Assembly (NCBI GenBank): GCA_036260805.1
Contig: DATALZ010000016.1
Location: 20,116 to 84,115 of the forward strand
Origin: Caproicibacter sp.
Lineage (GTDB): Bacteria; Bacillota; Clostridia; Oscillospirales; Acutalibacteraceae
Direction: 5' to 3'
DNA length: 64,000 nt
Both the position numbers and the translations under genes were made by a program. The notes below the pieces were generated by a model. The model saw nothing but the letters and a program-made list of their open reading frames with translations. It was not told the DNA's origin and did no database searches. Positions 19,954 to 30,514 of this stretch are shown here, in pieces. Numbering within the stretch: the stretch's first letter is position 1; each line of letters starts with the position of its first letter.

Positions 19954-21635
19954 GGGCTTTTTTCCTTTATATGAGCCATTTTTAACATTTCCGCAGCATT
20001 CTGTAGCGTGAGCGGAGTAATTTCAGCTCCGCCGATAATCCGGGCAAGCTCATGTTTTCTCCCCTCATCGTCCAGTTTCTGTACCTCCGTGTACGTTTTA
20101 CCGGAGCGAACCTGCTTTTGAATCAGATACTGAGTATCTGCCAGTGCGGCAATCTGTGCAAGGTGCGTCACGCAAACAACCTGCCTGCTTTCGGAAACCT
20201 CGCGCAGCTTTAAACCGATTTTCTGTGCTGCGCCGCCGCTGACTCCGGTATCCACTTCGTCGAAGATCAGTGTTCCCACATCGTCGTGGTCGGCTAAAAC
20301 TCTTTTAACTGCCAGCATAATGCGGGAAAGCTCTCCGCCGGATGCAATTTTAGCGATTGGTTTTGCCGGTTCTCCTGCATTTGTGGAAATAAGGAACTCC
20401 ACCTTATCGCAGCCTTTTGAATTCAGAGAGCAGCGTTCTAGCCTCACTTCAAACGAAACGTTCGGCATATTCAGAAACTCCAGCTCTTTTTTGACCTGCA
20501 TGGCAAAATTATGTGCGGTTTTGGAACGCCAGTCCGAGATTTCAAAAGCAAGTTTCTGCGCCAAGACAGCACTTTTTTTATATTGTTCTCTCAACTGAGT
20601 GACCGTTTCATCGGAAAGCTGAATCTTTTCAAGTTCCGCTTTGCTTTTGGAAAGAAACTGGAGCATATTTTCTACAGAACCGCCATATTTCAAGCCGAGA
20701 CGATAAATCGTATCGAGCCTAGACTCAATCTGTTCCAGTTCGTCAGGATCATATTCCAATTGACCGGAATATCCGCGCAGTTCGCTGCTGCAGTCTTCCA
20801 GATCATAGGAAATATTCTGCAGCCGTTCCGCTAAGCTGTGAAGTTCAGGCAAATACCGCTCCGCTTCATTCAAAGATGATGCGGCCGAAGATACAGACGA
20901 AACGGCTCCGTCAGAATCTTCTGAGCCGTCCAGTGCTTCCTTCGCGGAAGAAATTGCCGAAGCAATTTTTTCGCTGTTGCGGAACATCGCTTTCCGGCGG
21001 CTAAGTTCCTCCTGCTCCCCTTCTTTCAGGTCAGCCTCTTCCAGTTCTTTGATCTGGTATGTAAGCAAATCAATCTGACGGGCCTTTTGTGCCTCATCCA
21101 TATTCAGAGAATCCAATTCCCGTTTGACATGCCTTGCTTCGTCAAAGGCACTGTGGTAGCGGTCTGAAAGATTTTGAGGCAGGCCCATGCTGTCAAGATA
21201 GCCGATATGGTTTTCGGGGGACAAAAGGCCATAGCTTTCATGCTGACCATGAATATTCACAAGCAGCGGCCCAATCTCTTTTAATACGGATACGGTTGCA
21301 GGCCTTCCGTTAATCCTGCAGGATGATTTTGAATCGGCGCTAATTTCCCTCTGAACCATCAGCGTACCGTCTTCTTCGGACGAATAGCCCAGCTCTTCCA
21401 GCTTTTTGAGAGCGCGTGAACCAAGATCGGTAAACACCGCGCTTACAAACGCTGACTTCGCACCAGTGCGCACAATTTCCCGGGATGTACGTTCACCAAG
21501 AATCGCGTTGATGGAGTCAATAAGAATGGATTTTCCCGCTCCGGTTTCACCCGTCAGAACGCTGAATCCGGAATGAAAGTCAACACTGACTTTTTCAATC
21601 ACGGCCACATTTTCAATATAAAGCTGAGACAGCAT
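19950..21635 (-). CDS. recN: DNA repair protein RecN
   Basis: TGETGAGKS Walker A, coiled coil, ASGGELSR, FDEVDTGVSG, VTHLAQIA. Confidence 0.97.
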   Translation of the reverse strand: MLSQLYIENVAVIEKVSVDFHSGFSVLTGETGAGKSILIDSINAILGERTSREIVRTGAKSAFVSAVFTDLGSRALKKLEELGYSSEEDGTLMVQREISADSKSSCRINGRPATVSVLKEIGPLLVNIHGQHESYGLLSPENHIGYLDSMGLPQNLSDRYHSAFDEARHVKRELDSLNMDEAQKARQIDLLTYQIKELEEADLKEGEQEELSRRKAMFRNSEKIASAISSAKEALDGSEDSDGAVSSVSSAASSLNEAERYLPELHSLAERLQNISYDLEDCSSELRGYSGQLEYDPDELEQIESRLDTIYRLGLKYGGSVENMLQFLSKSKAELEKIQLSDETVTQLREQYKKSAVLAQKLAFEISDWRSKTAHNFAMQVKKELEFLNMPNVSFEVRLERCSLNSKGCDKVEFLISTNAGEPAKPIAKIASGGELSRIMLAVKRVLADHDDVGTLIFDEVDTGVSGGAAQKIGLKLREVSESRQVVCVTHLAQIAALADTQYLIQKQVRSGKTYTEVQKLDDEGRKHELARIIGGAEITPLTLQNAAEMLKMAHIKEKSP

Positions 21636-21640
21636 GAAAA

Positions 21641-22090
21641 TCACCCGATCATATTTTTCAATTCTTCGGTCAGACGGCTGGCTGCTTCATCGGTTCTCAT
21701 GAGTATAAAAATTGTATCGTCTCCGGCCAAGGTACCTACAATATCGTCCCAGTGCATGGAATCCATTGCCGCACATACAGCATTTGCCATTCCGGTAAGA
21801 CATTTTACCGATACAATATTTTGAGCATAGTCGACAGAAATCGCCGAGTCGGCAAAAAGAGAATAAAATTTGCTGGTGTTTTCTTTCGACTCTTCTTTTG
21901 CAGGTGCATAACGGTATTTTCCATCCGGAGAAAGAGTCTTAAACAGCCGGAGCTCCTTGATATCCCTTGAAACGGTAGCCTGCGTTACGTCAAAACCCGC
22001 GTCGCGCAAAAGCTTGAGAAGTTCCTCCTGTGTATCAATCGGATACCTTGCTATTAACTCGAGAATTTTTTCATGGCGTCTTTTCTTCAA
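21641..22090 (-). CDS. argR: Arginine repressor
   Basis: TQEEL, VTQATVSRDIKEL, GTLAGDDTI. Confidence 0.96.
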   Translation of the reverse strand: MKKRRHEKILELIARYPIDTQEELLKLLRDAGFDVTQATVSRDIKELRLFKTLSPDGKYRYAPAKEESKENTSKFYSLFADSAISVDYAQNIVSVKCLTGMANAVCAAMDSMHWDDIVGTLAGDDTIFILMRTDEAASRLTEELKNMIG

Positions 22091-22950
22091 ACCTCATTCC
22101 TCCCATCTCCCAGTTTTTCATTGACAATTTCATAAAAATTATGGTCTTTTAAACGTATAATCTTGACTGTCTTATCTGAGCGGTAAAATTCAATTTTCTG
22201 AGACGGGTCAATTTTAACGTTTATTTCCCCATCCATGGTGAGATACGCTTCGCTTTCCGTACGAAAGCAGGTTTGTACGCTCAGTTTGGCATCCGGCCCG
22301 AAAACGACAGGACGTGTCAAAAGCGAATGAGAGCAAACAGGAGAAAGCAGAATACACGCCAGCTGCGGGTCTATAATCGGCCCGCCTGCCGATAGAGAAT
22401 ACGCTGTGGAACCTGTTGGCGTAGAAACGATTAAACCATCGCCGCGATAATCGCAGACAGTCTGGCCGTTGAAACCGACTTTAAAATCCGGCATTGGTGA
22501 AAGAGCGCCTCGGGTAATCACCGCGTCATTCAGAGCCGCGCATGTTTTTATCTGTCCTTTTTCTGTATAACGGATTTCCAGCATCATACGGTTTTCAATC
22601 TGGTAATTGCCGCCCGTCAGCTTTCCAAGTTCATCAAATTCATCGGTCTCGAGCTCTGCCACAAAGCCAAGGCGGCCAACATTAACTCCCAGAATCGGCT
22701 TAGCAAAGTTTGCTGCATGTCTCGCACAATGAATAATTGTACCATCTCCGCCAAGTGCAACCATAATGTCGCAGGCGGTAATCATCTCATCAAATTGCTC
22801 GAAGAATTTGACTCCCATATTTTCAAAGTCGTTCTGAAAACGGCTCTGCATGTAAATACTCGCGCCAAGTTCATGAAGTCTGTGAATCAACTGGGTTGTG
22901 TGAAAAAGTGCTTTGCTTCGGCTCAGGTTGGGGATAACCGCAATGTTCAC
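22087..22950 (-). CDS. nadK: NAD(+) kinase
   Basis: GGDGT, GRLGF, LND, DGLIVSTPTGSTAYSLSAGGP. Confidence 0.96.
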   Translation of the reverse strand: MNIAVIPNLSRSKALFHTTQLIHRLHELGASIYMQSRFQNDFENMGVKFFEQFDEMITACDIMVALGGDGTIIHCARHAANFAKPILGVNVGRLGFVAELETDEFDELGKLTGGNYQIENRMMLEIRYTEKGQIKTCAALNDAVITRGALSPMPDFKVGFNGQTVCDYRGDGLIVSTPTGSTAYSLSAGGPIIDPQLACILLSPVCSHSLLTRPVVFGPDAKLSVQTCFRTESEAYLTMDGEINVKIDPSQKIEFYRSDKTVKIIRLKDHNFYEIVNEKLGDGRNEV

Positions 22951-23762
22951 GCGGATTCACCGCCGTTCAGCTGCCTGTGAGACTGCTCTACAAGTTCTTC
23001 AATATCCGGTACCGTTCCGGACGGTTCATCGGATTTCTGTAAGTACAGCAGATATTCTATATTCCCTTCCGGCCCCTTAACGGGGGAAAATGAAAGCCCT
23101 AAAACAGAAAATCCATTTTCGAGGGTAAAGTTGATAATATTCTTTACTACTTCCACATGGACAGCCCTGTCACGGACAACACCCTTTTTGCCAACCTTTT
23201 CTCGTCCCGCCTCAAACTGCGGTTTTATGAGGCAGACAGCCTGACCGTTTTCCGCCAGAAATCTTCGTGCAACAGGCAGGACTAACTTCAAGGAGATAAA
23301 CGCAACGTCTACACTGAAAAAATCAATTTGTTCCGGAACCTGTTCCGAAGTAATGTACCGAACATTTGTGCGTTCCAGATTGACTACCCGGGGATCGATC
23401 CGCAGTTTCCAGGCGAGCTGCCCGTAACCCACATCGATTGAATAGACTTTTTTCGCGCCGTTCTGGAGCATACAGTCTGTGAATCCGCCCGTAGAAGCGC
23501 CAATATCCATTACAGTTTTGCCATTTAAATCAATCGGAAAAACCGCAAGGGCTTTTTCCAGTTTCAGCCCGCCGCGGCTAACATAGGGCAGAGATTCTCC
23601 CCGAACTTCAATTTTAACATCCACAGGGAGCATTGTCCCCGGTTTATCCTGTTTTTGGCCGTTCACATATGTGTTGCCCATCATAACGGTGATTTTTGCC
23701 TTTTCCCTGCTTTCAGCAAGGCCGCGTTCAAAAATCAGGCAATCCAGTCTTTTTTTCTCCAT
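22947..23762 (-). CDS. tlyA: TlyA-family rRNA 2'-O-methyltransferase
   Basis: S4 domain, YVSRGGLKL, DIGASTGGFTD, LIKPQFE, GPEGNIEY. Confidence 0.93.
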   Translation of the reverse strand: MEKKRLDCLIFERGLAESREKAKITVMMGNTYVNGQKQDKPGTMLPVDVKIEVRGESLPYVSRGGLKLEKALAVFPIDLNGKTVMDIGASTGGFTDCMLQNGAKKVYSIDVGYGQLAWKLRIDPRVVNLERTNVRYITSEQVPEQIDFFSVDVAFISLKLVLPVARRFLAENGQAVCLIKPQFEAGREKVGKKGVVRDRAVHVEVVKNIINFTLENGFSVLGLSFSPVKGPEGNIEYLLYLQKSDEPSGTVPDIEELVEQSHRQLNGGESA

Positions 23763-25618
23763 TACTTCGCGCACTCCGTAAGAATCATTTTATACATTCC
23801 GCTGTCATCAAGTCCAAGTAAATCCAATGTCTCAGCCATTGTTGCCTGTTCAACAAAGCCGGTTATGGCCCGCAAATGAAATTTTCCATGAAACTCAGAT
23901 TGGCTCAGCAAATAATTAAAGTGTTCGCCGACGCCTCCCTGGGCAATTCCTTCCTCAAAGAAAAAGATATGTTCCGAAACTGCAGCCAGCCGAACAGCGT
24001 CCTCGTCAATCGGACGAATTCGGTTCAGCTTTAAAATATTAACACCTATGCTGTGCTCTTTCAGTCTTGACATTGCCAAACAGGAAAAGGAAAAGAGACG
24101 CCCGTAGGTTACAATCGTTATTTTGGCGTTAGAGTCCCCGTATTCATCGAACGGGCAGCCGCACGGCTGAAAATCAAACGGACGGAAAAGCTGTCCGCCC
24201 CTTGGATATCTTACCGCCGCAACACCAGGGCTATCGTAAAGAGCCATTCGGAGGCACAACTTCAATTCGTCATAATAAGAAGGCGAATATACAGCGGCGC
24301 CCGGGATTGTATTGAAATATGCCGCGTCAAAAATCCCCTGATGCGTTTGACCGTCTTCGCCGACGATACCGGCTCTGTCAACGGCCAGAACTACCTTTAC
24401 ACGCTGAAGCGCAGCATCGTGAATCAGCTGGTCATATCCCCTCTGCAGGAATGAGGAGTACACCGCAAACACAGGAATCATACCGCCCGCCGCGAGACCG
24501 CCGCAAAAGGTTACGGCGTGCTCTTCAGCGATACCCGTATCAAAAAAACGTTCCGGGAATTTTTTCGCAAATTCAGTCAGACCTGTTCCGGATTGCATTG
24601 CTGCGGTGATTCCGCAGATTCTGCCGTCTTCTTCAGCAATTCTGCAAAGCGTTTCACCAAAAACGGCTGAAAAATTCGGCCCGGATGAAATAGACTTGCC
24701 GGTTTTGATATTGAAACTGGAGACGCCGTGAAACGCGCCCGGATTTTGCTCCGCGAACGAATACCCTTTTCCCTTTTGGGTGATTACATGCAGAAGAACC
24801 GGGTGGTTGATGCTCTTCACATTGGTAAATACTTCAATCAGCTTATCAATATTGTGGCCGTCAAACGGGCCATAATAGTAAAAACCCATGTCTTCAAAAA
24901 TTGTACTGTTGTAGAGCAGTTGTTTCAGTACGGATTTTGAACGGGTCAAAGCGTGGTGTACTGGACGTCCAATTCCCGGAATATGGTCAAGAGTTTTCTC
25001 AACATTCCCTTTAATCCGGAAATACGACGGTTCGGTACGAATTTTTGCAAGATAACGCGCCATAGAACCAACATTGCGCGAAATAGACATTTTGTTATCA
25101 TTCAGAACAACAATAAAATTCTTATTGTAACGACCGGCATTATTCAAGCCCTCATATGCCAGACCGCCGGTCAAAGCACCGTCACCGATTACCGCAACAA
25201 CATGCCCGTCCGCGCTGGTAAGCTCTTTCGCTTTGGCAAGTCCAAGTGCTGCCGATATAGAAGTACTGCTGTGTCCACTGGTAAATGGGTCATACGGACT
25301 TTCCTGCCGATTGGGGAAACCGGACAATCCGTCCTTCGTTCGGATGGTAGAAATCCGGCTGCAGCGTCCAGTCAGCATTTTATGCGTATAAGACTGGTGA
25401 CCGACATCCCAGACGATTTTGTCATCAAGCGAATTGAACACTCGATGCAGCGCAACGGTCAGTTCCACTACTCCAAGATTGGAAGCGAGGTGGCCGCCGT
25501 TTGAAGCAACCGTTCGAATAATGCGTGTCCTTATTTCAGTGCAAAGCTGTTTTAATTGTTCGGATGACAGCCATTTTAAATCTTCCGGGGATTTAATCGT
25601 ATCTAAAAGGCCGCTCAT
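23762..25618 (-). CDS. dxs: 1-deoxy-D-xylulose-5-phosphate synthase
   Basis: GGHLASNLGVVELT, WDVGHQSY, GDGALTGG..LNDN, GIAEEHAV, DRAGIVGEDGQTH. Confidence 0.97.
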   Translation of the reverse strand: MSGLLDTIKSPEDLKWLSSEQLKQLCTEIRTRIIRTVASNGGHLASNLGVVELTVALHRVFNSLDDKIVWDVGHQSYTHKMLTGRCSRISTIRTKDGLSGFPNRQESPYDPFTSGHSSTSISAALGLAKAKELTSADGHVVAVIGDGALTGGLAYEGLNNAGRYNKNFIVVLNDNKMSISRNVGSMARYLAKIRTEPSYFRIKGNVEKTLDHIPGIGRPVHHALTRSKSVLKQLLYNSTIFEDMGFYYYGPFDGHNIDKLIEVFTNVKSINHPVLLHVITQKGKGYSFAEQNPGAFHGVSSFNIKTGKSISSGPNFSAVFGETLCRIAEEDGRICGITAAMQSGTGLTEFAKKFPERFFDTGIAEEHAVTFCGGLAAGGMIPVFAVYSSFLQRGYDQLIHDAALQRVKVVLAVDRAGIVGEDGQTHQGIFDAAYFNTIPGAAVYSPSYYDELKLCLRMALYDSPGVAAVRYPRGGQLFRPFDFQPCGCPFDEYGDSNAKITIVTYGRLFSFSCLAMSRLKEHSIGVNILKLNRIRPIDEDAVRLAAVSEHIFFFEEGIAQGGVGEHFNYLLSQSEFHGKFHLRAITGFVEQATMAETLDLLGLDDSGMYKMILTECAK

Positions 25619-25636
25619 CGCAACAACCTCAATCGT

Positions 25637-26497
25637 TTACCGAACGGCAATACCGTTCTGAATTTTCGCTGCCGTAATTGTATTCTTCAGCAGCATGGCA
25701 ATCGTCATGGGACCAACTCCGCCCGGTACCGGAGTAATTCGGGACGCAATCGGTTCAACCTGTGCGAAGTCAACGTCTCCGCACAGCTTTCCGTTTTCAT
25801 CACGATCCATACCGACGTCAATCACAACTGCGCCGGGTTTTACCATATCCGCGGTTACAAACTTTGGTTTGCCAACAGCTGCAACAAGGATGTCGGCTCC
25901 CAAACAGATTTCTTTGAGATTTTTTGTCCTACTGTGGCAGATGGTAACAGTCCCGTTTTCATGCATTAAAAGCATCGCCATTGGCTTACCGACAATGTTG
26001 CTCCGGCCAATCACGACACAGTTCTTCCCTTCCGCGGAAATTGATTCATGATGCAGAAGTTCCATAATACCTGCCGGAGTGCACGGTACAAAATGATAAT
26101 TCCCAATTAAAATTCTGCCCACATTGGACGGATGAAATGCATCCACATCCTTTTTAGGGTCGATTGTCTCAATGACGGCCTGCTCGTCGAGTCCTTTTGG
26201 CAGCGGAAGCTGAACTAAGATTCCATTGATTTCTTTTTTCTGATTCAGCTTACGAACCAGATTTAAAAGTTCTTCCTGGCTTGTGGTCTCCGGCAATGCG
26301 TACTCTTCCGAATAAATTCCGGTAGCCGCACATGCTTTCTTTTTATTGTTAACGTATGTTCTGGATGCGGGGTCGCTGCCCACCAAAACTACAGCAAGAC
26401 CCGGCACAATCCCCTTTTTCTTAAGTCCTTTGACTTCCAGCGCAACATTGGCTTTTGTTTCAGCCGATATTGCTTTTCCATCTATAATTTTTGACAT
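25637..26497 (-). CDS. folD: Methylenetetrahydrofolate dehydrogenase/cyclohydrolase
   Basis: [38 protein letters not shown]. Confidence 0.97.
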   Translation of the reverse strand: MSKIIDGKAISAETKANVALEVKGLKKKGIVPGLAVVLVGSDPASRTYVNNKKKACAATGIYSEEYALPETTSQEELLNLVRKLNQKKEINGILVQLPLPKGLDEQAVIETIDPKKDVDAFHPSNVGRILIGNYHFVPCTPAGIMELLHHESISAEGKNCVVIGRSNIVGKPMAMLLMHENGTVTICHSRTKNLKEICLGADILVAAVGKPKFVTADMVKPGAVVIDVGMDRDENGKLCGDVDFAQVEPIASRITPVPGGVGPMTIAMLLKNTITAAKIQNGIAVR

Positions 26498-26607
26498 TTT
26501 TAGGACAGTCCTTTCTTAGGGAGAGTGAAAATTAACAGGTTTACACTCTAAAGAAAGTTCATCTTTAGAACTGAATCATTAGACCCATTTGAGCGTTTAT
26601 TGGCAGA

Positions 26608-27678
26608 TTATTGCTCTGCAGGTTTCTCTTCCGCTTTTTCTGCGTCCGTATCAGGATTCTTCACGTCATGATCAGACTCTACTGATTCAGATGGTTTTTC
26701 AGCACTCTGTTCCACTGGTTCACGGATAGAATCGCCCGCCATGACTTTTTTAGCGTCTTCTCCGCTTTCAAAAATCGTGCTGGTTCCGTCGTCTATTTCA
26801 GCATCCGGCTGCTTTTTCACTTTGACTTCGTCAACAATAGAGTTCAGTTCCATAATCTTCTTGGAACCACATCCTGTTAGGGCAGTCCTGTTGCGAAAAA
26901 CGACCAGCAAGACAATGGATGCCGCTACTGCGATGACCGCTACAACCTGAGATACTCTGAGCGGAATTGCAGGAGTAATCAAGCTGTCAGTACGCAGGCC
27001 TTCAATGAAGAAGCGACCAATGCCGTACCAGATGCTGTAAAGGAGAAATACCTGACCGTCATACCTTCTGAATTTTCTGCTGAAAATATGTAGCAGAACG
27101 AACCCAAGAAGGCACCACAGAGATTCATAAAGGAAGCAGGGATGAACACCGGTAGATGAAATTGCATCCGTTCTCTCGCTCACCATACGCCATGGAAGGT
27201 CAGTTGCCGTTCCAAAAGCTTCCTGATTAATAAAGTTACCCCAACGGCCAATGCTTTGCCCGATCAAAAAGCCGAGCGCCGCCAGATCCAGAACGGCTGG
27301 AACGCTGATCTTGTGCAGTTTGGCAACAATGGCGCCGCAGATCAGGCCGCCGATAATGCCGCCGTAAATGCCGAGTCCGCCCTCCCAGATATATAATACA
27401 CTGATTGGGTTTTTAATGTATTGGCTGCTGGCATCAAAAAGCACATAATAAAGGCGCGCACCGATCACACCGCCGATGATGCCAACGATGACTGCGTCAA
27501 TGAGTTTATCCTGATCCATGTGGAACCGTTTGCTGCTTTTCATAACATATAGGAAAGCCAGCAAAAATCCTAATGCAATAATGATGCCGTACCAAGCAAA
27601 GGAATGCCCGCCGATGGTAAATGCCGTAGGGTTAATTTTGAAACTGAATCCGAGCCCCGGGAATTGAACATTATACAT
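26608..27678 (-). CDS. lgt: Prolipoprotein diacylglyceryl transferase
   Basis: WYG, GARLYYV, GQSIGRWGNFINQEAFG, HPCFLYES, RFFIEGLR. Confidence 0.96.
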   Translation of the reverse strand: MYNVQFPGLGFSFKINPTAFTIGGHSFAWYGIIIALGFLLAFLYVMKSSKRFHMDQDKLIDAVIVGIIGGVIGARLYYVLFDASSQYIKNPISVLYIWEGGLGIYGGIIGGLICGAIVAKLHKISVPAVLDLAALGFLIGQSIGRWGNFINQEAFGTATDLPWRMVSERTDAISSTGVHPCFLYESLWCLLGFVLLHIFSRKFRRYDGQVFLLYSIWYGIGRFFIEGLRTDSLITPAIPLRVSQVVAVIAVAASIVLLVVFRNRTALTGCGSKKIMELNSIVDEVKVKKQPDAEIDDGTSTIFESGEDAKKVMAGDSIREPVEQSAEKPSESVESDHDVKNPDTDAEKAEEKPAEQ

Positions 27679-27748
27679 GCTGTACCACCACTTCTTTACG
27701 CTTAATATTTCGCCATAAAATCGATACCGGATTTATCTTGGCAATTCA

Positions 27749-29035
27749 CTACTGAATCGGCCAAACGATGGAAAGCGCCGAACATTCAGGTTTCAGCTGG
27801 GTATCTAAACGTGCGAGGACAGACTTTTCGTCTGCATCTGCGACCGCGTCGATATAGGAAAACAGCTCCCGCCCTGAAAATGCAAGGGAAATTAAGGAAT
27901 TCGCGATGTTGCCCACATGATTTAGCGCGGTAATATTACGGCCGTATACAGCGTTTTTAGCGCGAGTAAATACGGCATGATCGATGCCTTCTTTGCGGAA
28001 ACGCTCGATTTCTTTCTTGATTTCTTTCTCAACAGATTCCGGATCTTTGGATTCCCCCGAAAAAATAACAGTGGCAAATCCCGGGCCTTCAAAATATTCA
28101 TGACCGAAAGAAGCCTCGTTAATCAGGCCTGCATCCAAAAGTCTGCGGTAAAGCGGGGATGCAGAAGATGACAGCGCTTCCAAAAGGATTTCCGTTTCAG
28201 CAATTTGTTTTACATTTGCTCGTCCGTTTGCCACGGATTCCTTGAAGCCCAGTTCAAAAAGCGGTACGGCAACGGAAAGCTTTTGTTCCGCTCGGGGCTG
28301 AACGATGCTTTCCGGTTCATCCTCAAAGATGCGGTCCACAGTGACGGGCTTGGACGGTTTAAGCATTTTATCGCAAAGTTTGAGAACACGGTCAAGATCA
28401 ATGTCTCCGGCAATACACAGTGCCATATTATTCAGATTGTAAAATGTACCGTAGCACTGATACAAAAGTTCCGGGGTGATTTTCGCAATGCTCTCGGTTG
28501 TTCCGGCAATATCAATTTTCACCGGATGCGTATGATAAAGCGCTCCTAAAAGATTAAACATCACGCGCCACTGGGGGTCGTCGTCATACATACGGATTTC
28601 CTGGCCGATGATACCCTGTTCCTTTTGAACCGTTTTTTCCGTAAAATACGGAGACTGAACGAAATCTAGCAGAATCTCAAGTGATTCGTATACGTTTTCG
28701 GTACAGGAAAACAGATAGCAGGTCATATCAAACGAGGTATACGCATTTGCGGATGCTCCGGTTTTTGCATAGCGGGAAAATGCGTCACCGTCTTCGCTTT
28801 CAAACAGTTTGTGTTCCAGATAATGGGCAATACCGTTTGGAACTGTATGCGTTTCATTTTCATCCGACGTTTTGAAGCAATTGTCAATGGAACCGTACTT
28901 TGTTCCGAATACGGCATAAGTTGAATTGTTCTTCTCTTTTGGATAGATAAAAATTTTCAGACCGGATGAATGCCTGACTTCGTAGTATTTATCACCAGTT
29001 CTGTCACTTTTAACTTCTTTAATTTCATCATTCAT
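27749..29035 (-). CDS. M16 family zinc peptidase, catalytic subunit (YmfH-like)
   Basis: GIAHYLEHKLFE (HxxEH), NAYTS, EQGIIGQEIRMY. Confidence 0.9.
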   Translation of the reverse strand: MNDEIKEVKSDRTGDKYYEVRHSSGLKIFIYPKEKNNSTYAVFGTKYGSIDNCFKTSDENETHTVPNGIAHYLEHKLFESEDGDAFSRYAKTGASANAYTSFDMTCYLFSCTENVYESLEILLDFVQSPYFTEKTVQKEQGIIGQEIRMYDDDPQWRVMFNLLGALYHTHPVKIDIAGTTESIAKITPELLYQCYGTFYNLNNMALCIAGDIDLDRVLKLCDKMLKPSKPVTVDRIFEDEPESIVQPRAEQKLSVAVPLFELGFKESVANGRANVKQIAETEILLEALSSSASPLYRRLLDAGLINEASFGHEYFEGPGFATVIFSGESKDPESVEKEIKKEIERFRKEGIDHAVFTRAKNAVYGRNITALNHVGNIANSLISLAFSGRELFSYIDAVADADEKSVLARLDTQLKPECSALSIVWPIQ

Positions 29036-30315
29036 CAGGCTTCCACCTCATTTCCTGTTAAGCGGTATACTGTATCGAGCGTAATGGATTTTGCAGTATG
29101 AATCAAATCGTCGCGAGTCACTGCGGTAACGCGCTCCGCTTCTTCTTCGGGAGTACGAAGCGGGTCGGAAAATGTTTTGGACAAATACCAGCCCTCAAGA
29201 CCGTCCAGCGAATCGGTAAGCGTGTGGTAACTGTTGCAAAGGCTCAGTTTTGCGGCCTTCAAATCATCTTCGGTAAAATTACCATTTTTCACTTCGTCAA
29301 GTTGAGCAATAATCTCGGTTTTTGCGCGGCCGATATTTGCAGTTTCTACCCCGCTCTGAACCAAAAGAATACCTTTGATCGGGTTGAACATGGAGCTGCA
29401 GTAATAGCATAAGCTCATCTTTTCGCGGACGTTGAGGAACAGCTTCGAATTCGGCGTACCGCCATACAAGGCGCTCATCAATTTCATAGCCGGAACTGTT
29501 TTGTCCGGTTCCGCGCATGCGGTACGGAAGCCCATAACGAGCTTGGACTGAGCTACGTCCATCTTCTCAGTAATATCATTAGACTGATCAGCTGTCTTCA
29601 CTGCCAGTGTGGGGCACTGCACGATTGAAGTTCTGCCCAGATTTTGAAAGGCTGCCGAGAAATCGCAGAAAATCGGTTCCGGGTCGCAGTCACCTAAAAC
29701 CATAATTTCTGCCCTTGCGTGATGAATCAGATTGTTCCACGCTTCGGTAAGGCTTTCACGTTTCAGGTTTTGGATATCTTCCTTCGTCCCGCAGCGGCTA
29801 ATCCCGTAAGGCTCGTCCGAACACATAATCTCTTCGCAGCGGCGAAGCGCATAAGCACGCTTATCGTTAAATTCAGATTCGAGCATCTCGATCATCTGAC
29901 GTTTTTCCTGTTCAAAACCGTCTTCGGGAAAAAGCCCTTCCTGGAATGGAGGGTCAAACAATACGCTGCACAAAAGCCGGGAAAGTTCTGCGGAAACGCT
30001 CTCGCGGTTCAAAGCATACCGGTCTGCAATGCCGGATGCGGAAACGGACAGAACCTGAATATCGCCAAGTTTTTGAACGTCGGCGTCAAGTTCCGCTCCG
30101 TAAAGTTCTGCCAAATGCTCGTTTAATTTTGTGTAATCCGGATATTTTCTGCTTGCACGCGTCAGCAGGAACGGCAAAATCGCGTTTGCGGCTGCAGTTT
30201 CCTTATTAAGCGGCAGCAAAAAATGAATGGACATGCGTACCGTTTTGAACCGGCTGTCTCTGATGCTCCTGAAATTGACGCCGTCACAAACGGGGCGCTG
30301 TTCAATTCCTGTCAT
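29035..30315 (-). CDS. M16 family peptidase, non-catalytic subunit (YmfF-like)
   Basis: SKLFLNVREKMSLCYY motif, no HxxEH; stop overlaps the start of the catalytic partner. Confidence 0.85.
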   Translation of the reverse strand: MTGIEQRPVCDGVNFRSIRDSRFKTVRMSIHFLLPLNKETAAANAILPFLLTRASRKYPDYTKLNEHLAELYGAELDADVQKLGDIQVLSVSASGIADRYALNRESVSAELSRLLCSVLFDPPFQEGLFPEDGFEQEKRQMIEMLESEFNDKRAYALRRCEEIMCSDEPYGISRCGTKEDIQNLKRESLTEAWNNLIHHARAEIMVLGDCDPEPIFCDFSAAFQNLGRTSIVQCPTLAVKTADQSNDITEKMDVAQSKLVMGFRTACAEPDKTVPAMKLMSALYGGTPNSKLFLNVREKMSLCYYCSSMFNPIKGILLVQSGVETANIGRAKTEIIAQLDEVKNGNFTEDDLKAAKLSLCNSYHTLTDSLDGLEGWYLSKTFSDPLRTPEEEAERVTAVTRDDLIHTAKSITLDTVYRLTGNEVEA

Positions 30316-30457
30316 CCATTATTCATCTCCAAATAAATTTCGGTTAAATCACGCATCATTATACCACAATTAAAACCTGTAGAAAAGAATGAATCTATTG
30401 CTTTCACCGAAATTTTACAAATTGCAGCGATTTGCTGGATTTGGTTCCTGCGCGCGG

Positions 30458-30486
30458 TTGCGGCAAAAAAACTCCGGTGATATAAT
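30458..30486 (+). promoter_or_regulatory. Sigma-A promoter of the EamA gene
   Basis: TTGCGG - 17 bp - TATAAT with extended TG. Confidence 0.6.
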
Positions 30487-30514
30487 AAAAACCATTGAAA
30501 CTGAGGTGTATTGA

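Noticed and set aside
26498-26607. THF riboswitch upstream of folD
   Set aside because: The conserved THF aptamer pattern was not recognised in the 110-bp spacer.
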